From contig JBFMGU010000315.1 of assembly GCA_040752415.1 (NCBI GenBank), forward strand, positions 1 to 11,448: DNA of 11,448 nt, given 5' to 3'. The notes under the pieces are model-generated. The model was not told the origin of the DNA, did not search any database, and saw nothing but the letters and a program-made list of their open reading frames with translations. The DNA is from Myxococcota bacterium (lineage in GTDB: Bacteria > Myxococcota > JACRCW01). Position 1 is the stretch's first letter, and each line of letters opens with the position of its first letter. The translations under genes were made by a program, and so were the position numbers. Shown in pieces: positions 8,581 through 11,448 of this stretch.

Positions 8581-10272
8581 ATGGCACTCCCCAAGCTGCT
8601 TCTGCTTTCCGCTGGCGCCACCTTCGAGGAGATTGCGCGGGATCACGGTGACTTTGACGCGTGGTTCAAGTCCGCGCTGCAGGGCGACGCCGAGCTCCAC
8701 GACTGCAAGGTCTTCCAGGGCCAACCCGTCCCCGACGTGCGCGACTACGACGGGCTCATCATCTCCGGCTCACCCGCCTCCGTGACGCAGTGGGAGCCGT
8801 GGATGGACACCGCGGTGACCGCCATCCGGGAAGCCGCCGACCTGGGCCTGCCGGTGCTCGGCGTGTGTTTTGGCCACCAGCTGCTGGGAAAGGCTTTTGG
8901 CGGACGGGTGGAGCTGAATCCCGCGGGCCGGGAGATTGGCACCGTGGACGTGGTGATGACCAAGCCCGGCAGCACCGACCCCGTGCTCGGTCCCCTCTTC
9001 CCCACCTTCAGGGCGCAGGCCACCCACGTCGACACCGTGCTGGAGCCGCCGCCCGCCGCGGAGATCCTGGCGCGCACCGCGCAGGATGGCTGCGCCGCCA
9101 TGCGGCTGGGCAAGAGCATCTACGGCGTGCAGTTCCACCCGGAGCTCAGCGCGGAGGTGATGCGGCGCTACATCCAGAAGCGCGGTCGCATCATTGACGG
9201 GGAGCGCGGCAGCGGCGCGTGGAAGAAGCTGCACCGCGGCGTGGGCGAGACGCGCGCGGGGGAGACCATCCTGCGTCGCTTCGTGCACGAGGTGGTGCAT
9301 CCCCGTCGGGGCGCGCCCAAGGCCCGGGCCCGCAACACGCAGAGCGCGCTGATGGGTGACGGCGCATTCCGGGAGGCGCAGGCCACCGGTCACGACGGAC
9401 AGCCGCTGCACTACAACACCGTGGGCCGCGGCGGTCCCGCGCTCATGATGTTCGACGGGATTGGCTGCGACCAGTACGCGTGGAAGCACCTGGTGAACCA
9501 CGCGCGACACCGTCACCGCGTGGTGCGGTGGAACTACCCGGGCCACGGCCGCTCTCCCGCGCCCCCGGATTGGCTCGCCCGTCCCAGCCAGCGCCTCACC
9601 ATCGAGGGACTGGCCGACGAGGCCATCCGCGTCATGGACCACGCGGGGCTGGAGAAGGCGGTGTTGTGCGGCCACTCCATGGGCGTGCAGGTGGCGCTGG
9701 AGACGTGGAACCGCCACCGCGACCGCGTGCAGGGACTGGTCCTGGTGTGCGGCAGCTACGGTCGCCCGCTGTCCACGTTCCACGGACACGGCGCCATGGA
9801 GGTGGCGTTGCCGCTCATCCGCCGGGTGTTCCACAAGCGGCCGGGCATCACCCGCGGCGTGTGGCGACGTCTCTTGGACAGTGAGCTGGCCTACCGCGTT
9901 GCCATCCTCACCGGGGAGGTGAACGGGCAGCTCATCCAGCGCGCGGACATGTTCCCGTACTTCACGCACATCAGCCAGGTGGACCCGCTGCTCTTCATCG
10001 AGATGCTGGGGCACGCCAGCCGGCATTCCGCGCGGGAGTACCTTGGCCGCGTTGACGTGCCGGCGCTGGTGGTGGCGGGCCAGAAGGACACCTTCACGCC
10101 GGCGTGGCTGAGCGAGGAGATGCATCACGCCATTCCGCAGAGCGAGATGCTGATGGTGCCCAGCGGCACCCACACCGCGCCCATTGAGCTGCCGGAGCTG
10201 GTGAATCTGCGCGTGGAGAAGTTCCTGGCCACGTACTTTGGCGGTCTCTCGGCGCCCAGCCGTGCGGCCTGA
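8581..10272 (+). CDS. Class I (GMP synthase-like) glutamine amidotransferase fused to an alpha/beta-fold hydrolase
   Basis: N-half: DGLIISGSP, PVLGVCFGHQLL, GVQFHPE (Cys-His-Glu triad). C-half: WNYPGHGRS, GHSMG nucleophile elbow, GQKD, GTH (Ser-Asp-His). One continuous frame from ATG 8581. Confidence 0.9.
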   Translation: MALPKLLLLSAGATFEEIARDHGDFDAWFKSALQGDAELHDCKVFQGQPVPDVRDYDGLIISGSPASVTQWEPWMDTAVTAIREAADLGLPVLGVCFGHQLLGKAFGGRVELNPAGREIGTVDVVMTKPGSTDPVLGPLFPTFRAQATHVDTVLEPPPAAEILARTAQDGCAAMRLGKSIYGVQFHPELSAEVMRRYIQKRGRIIDGERGSGAWKKLHRGVGETRAGETILRRFVHEVVHPRRGAPKARARNTQSALMGDGAFREAQATGHDGQPLHYNTVGRGGPALMMFDGIGCDQYAWKHLVNHARHRHRVVRWNYPGHGRSPAPPDWLARPSQRLTIEGLADEAIRVMDHAGLEKAVLCGHSMGVQVALETWNRHRDRVQGLVLVCGSYGRPLSTFHGHGAMEVALPLIRRVFHKRPGITRGVWRRLLDSELAYRVAILTGEVNGQLIQRADMFPYFTHISQVDPLLFIEMLGHASRHSAREYLGRVDVPALVVAGQKDTFTPAWLSEEMHHAIPQSEMLMVPSGTHTAPIELPELVNLRVEKFLATYFGGLSAPSRAA

Positions 10273-10285
10273 ACTGGAAAGAACC

Positions 10286-10939
10286 ATGAATCCGGAAACC
10301 CCTGAATCCAACGCCAGCCCCCTTCCCGTCGAGACCGCGACCCCGCCACCCCCGCCACCCGACGACACCGAGCGCGTGACCCGTCCCGCCGAGGGCGGGA
10401 AACGGGCGCGCCTCAAGGGTCGCAAGCGTCCCGCCGAGGAGATTGCGCGCGCCAAGGCCGCCACCGCGCTGACACGCCAGATCGAGAAGGACCCCACCAT
10501 GCTGCGCGCCCTGGCGCTGCGGGCGTTGAAGTCGACCGGCGGCGCGGGTCCGGCCATGGTGGACGCGCTGCAGAAGGGCATGCACGACGAGTTCAAGATT
10601 GCCTTCTCGCCGGCCGCGGTGCGCGCCATGCTCTTGCGGCTGGAGCGCAAGGGCATCCTGCGCTCACGCAAAGAGGGTCGCAGCTACGTGTGGTCCGAGG
10701 GGAAGGGTCGGGCGGCGCTCACGCCTTCCAGCGTGCGGGAGGCGCACCACCGTCGTCGGGGGAGACCGCCGCGCGCGGTCAGCGCTCCCACCGGCGGTGA
10801 TGCCGCGGACCGCCTCATCCGCGCCCTGGCCGAGGCCCAGCGCGCCGCCACCGACCTGCGCAACGAGCTGGTGGCCGTGACGCGCATGCGCGACGAGCTG
10901 CGCGAGCTGATGCGCCGGCTGGGGAAGAAGAAGCGCTGA
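10286..10939 (+). CDS. Basic putative DNA-binding protein (winged-helix-like segment, AT-hook-like motif, C-terminal coiled coil)
   Basis: 217 aa from ATG 10286, 13 bp after the upstream stop. VRAMLLRLERKGILRSRKEGRSYVW resembles a wHTH recognition helix plus wing; RRRGRPPR; heptad-like C-terminus. Confidence 0.7.
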   Translation: MNPETPESNASPLPVETATPPPPPPDDTERVTRPAEGGKRARLKGRKRPAEEIARAKAATALTRQIEKDPTMLRALALRALKSTGGAGPAMVDALQKGMHDEFKIAFSPAAVRAMLLRLERKGILRSRKEGRSYVWSEGKGRAALTPSSVREAHHRRRGRPPRAVSAPTGGDAADRLIRALAEAQRAATDLRNELVAVTRMRDELRELMRRLGKKKR

Positions 10940-10989
10940 GAGCTGCTTCGGAAACTTCGTGCGAATTTCGGCGTGGCCGACGAACACCC

Positions 10990-11197
10990 AACCCCCCACG
11001 TTCAAGCCGTTGCGCTCGCTCGCCCCCTTCCCCCCGTCGCCCACGTGATGCGGATCAGCAGATGGCGGGGAGATCACGTGGGCGTCGTCACCGAGCCGGG
11101 GGAAGGGGCAATCGGTGAACGCGCGACGTTTTCCGTCGAGAAAAAAAGGCCCCAGACCCAAAGCGTGCCGAGCGCAACGGCTTGAACGTGGGGGGTT
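10990..11197. repeat. Perfect 29-bp inverted repeat enclosing nested stems
   Basis: AACCCCCCACGTTCAAGCCGTTGCGCTCG (10990-11018) is the exact reverse complement of 11169-11197. Inner stems: 11024-11034/11098-11108, 11038-11049/11073-11084, 11088-11094/11112-11118, 11124-11128/11134-11138. Confidence 0.95.
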
Positions 11198-11448
11198 AGT
11201 ACTACCCGGTCAGCTAACGTCGTCACGGCAAGGGCCGCGGGGGGACTCGCACCGCCAGGATCCAGGGCGTGAGTCGGCGCCGCAGCCGTAGGGGCTAAGT
11301 AGCTGGCCAGAAGTTCCTTCGCATCTGGAAGACTCCGGTTGAGCCCGAACAGCTCCGGCCAAAGCGGTATTTCAGACCGCACTCCCAAGGTGCCGGCCGC
11401 GCCCATCCCATTGGGCGGAGAAGCCAGCACGCAGAGTTTCCCGACGAG
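11141..11448 (-). ncRNA. Candidate large structured non-coding RNA of unknown family, possibly truncated by the window edge
   Basis: No convincing ORF; many short stems that are G-U-compatible on the minus strand; includes copy 2 of the repeat; ends at a T7 run (11141-11147 on minus). Confidence 0.45.
11200..11295 (-). repeat. Copy 2 of the ~95-nt conserved structured element
   Basis: Reverse complement aligns to 114-208 (see copy 1). Confidence 0.9.

Noticed and set aside
11141..11175. Rho-independent terminator on the minus strand
   Set aside because: A T7 run is present but no strong local hairpin immediately precedes it.
10990..11197. MITE with 29-bp terminal inverted repeats
   Set aside because: No target-site duplication in the flanks (GAACACCC versus AGTACTAC) and the ends do not resemble IS termini I recognise; not fully excluded.
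10986..11201. Integron attC-like ends (ACCCAAC ... GTTAGTA)
   Set aside because: At 216 bp it is longer than typical attC sites, the right end is not GTTRRRY, the stem lacks extrahelical bases, and there is no integrase or cassette array.
11362..11380. TGAAATACC resemblance to 23S rRNA
   Set aside because: Only a 9-nt match; the surrounding sequence is not rRNA-like.
10664..11430. Minus-strand ORFs 10664-11161 and 11074-11430 as a reverse transcriptase or toxin
   Set aside because: No YxDD or other motif, atypical composition, and they overlap the structured region and a better-supported gene.

Overview
High-GC window, Myxococcota-like by inference from gene content. It holds seven credible CDSs: two secreted Cys-rich/Ser-linker lipoproteins (one with thrombospondin type-3 repeats), an orphan NtrC-family sigma-54 response regulator, a CmlA-like metallo-beta-lactamase-fold protein, a divergent carotenoid cleavage oxygenase, a class I glutamine amidotransferase fused to an alpha/beta hydrolase, and a basic wHTH/AT-hook/coiled-coil protein. 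The most unusual signal is non-coding. A ~95-nt element occurs twice in inverted orientation at the two ends of the window (114-208 on +, 11200-11295 on -, roughly 80-85% identical by manual alignment) with compensatory base changes in a hairpin. The right copy sits within a longer, densely base-paired region (to 11448) and is followed directly by a perfect 29-bp inverted repeat (10990-11018 / 11169-11197) enclosing nested stems. I cannot assign this to any RNA family I recognise. No transposase, reverse transcriptase, nuclease, tRNA, rRNA or CRISPR array is visible.
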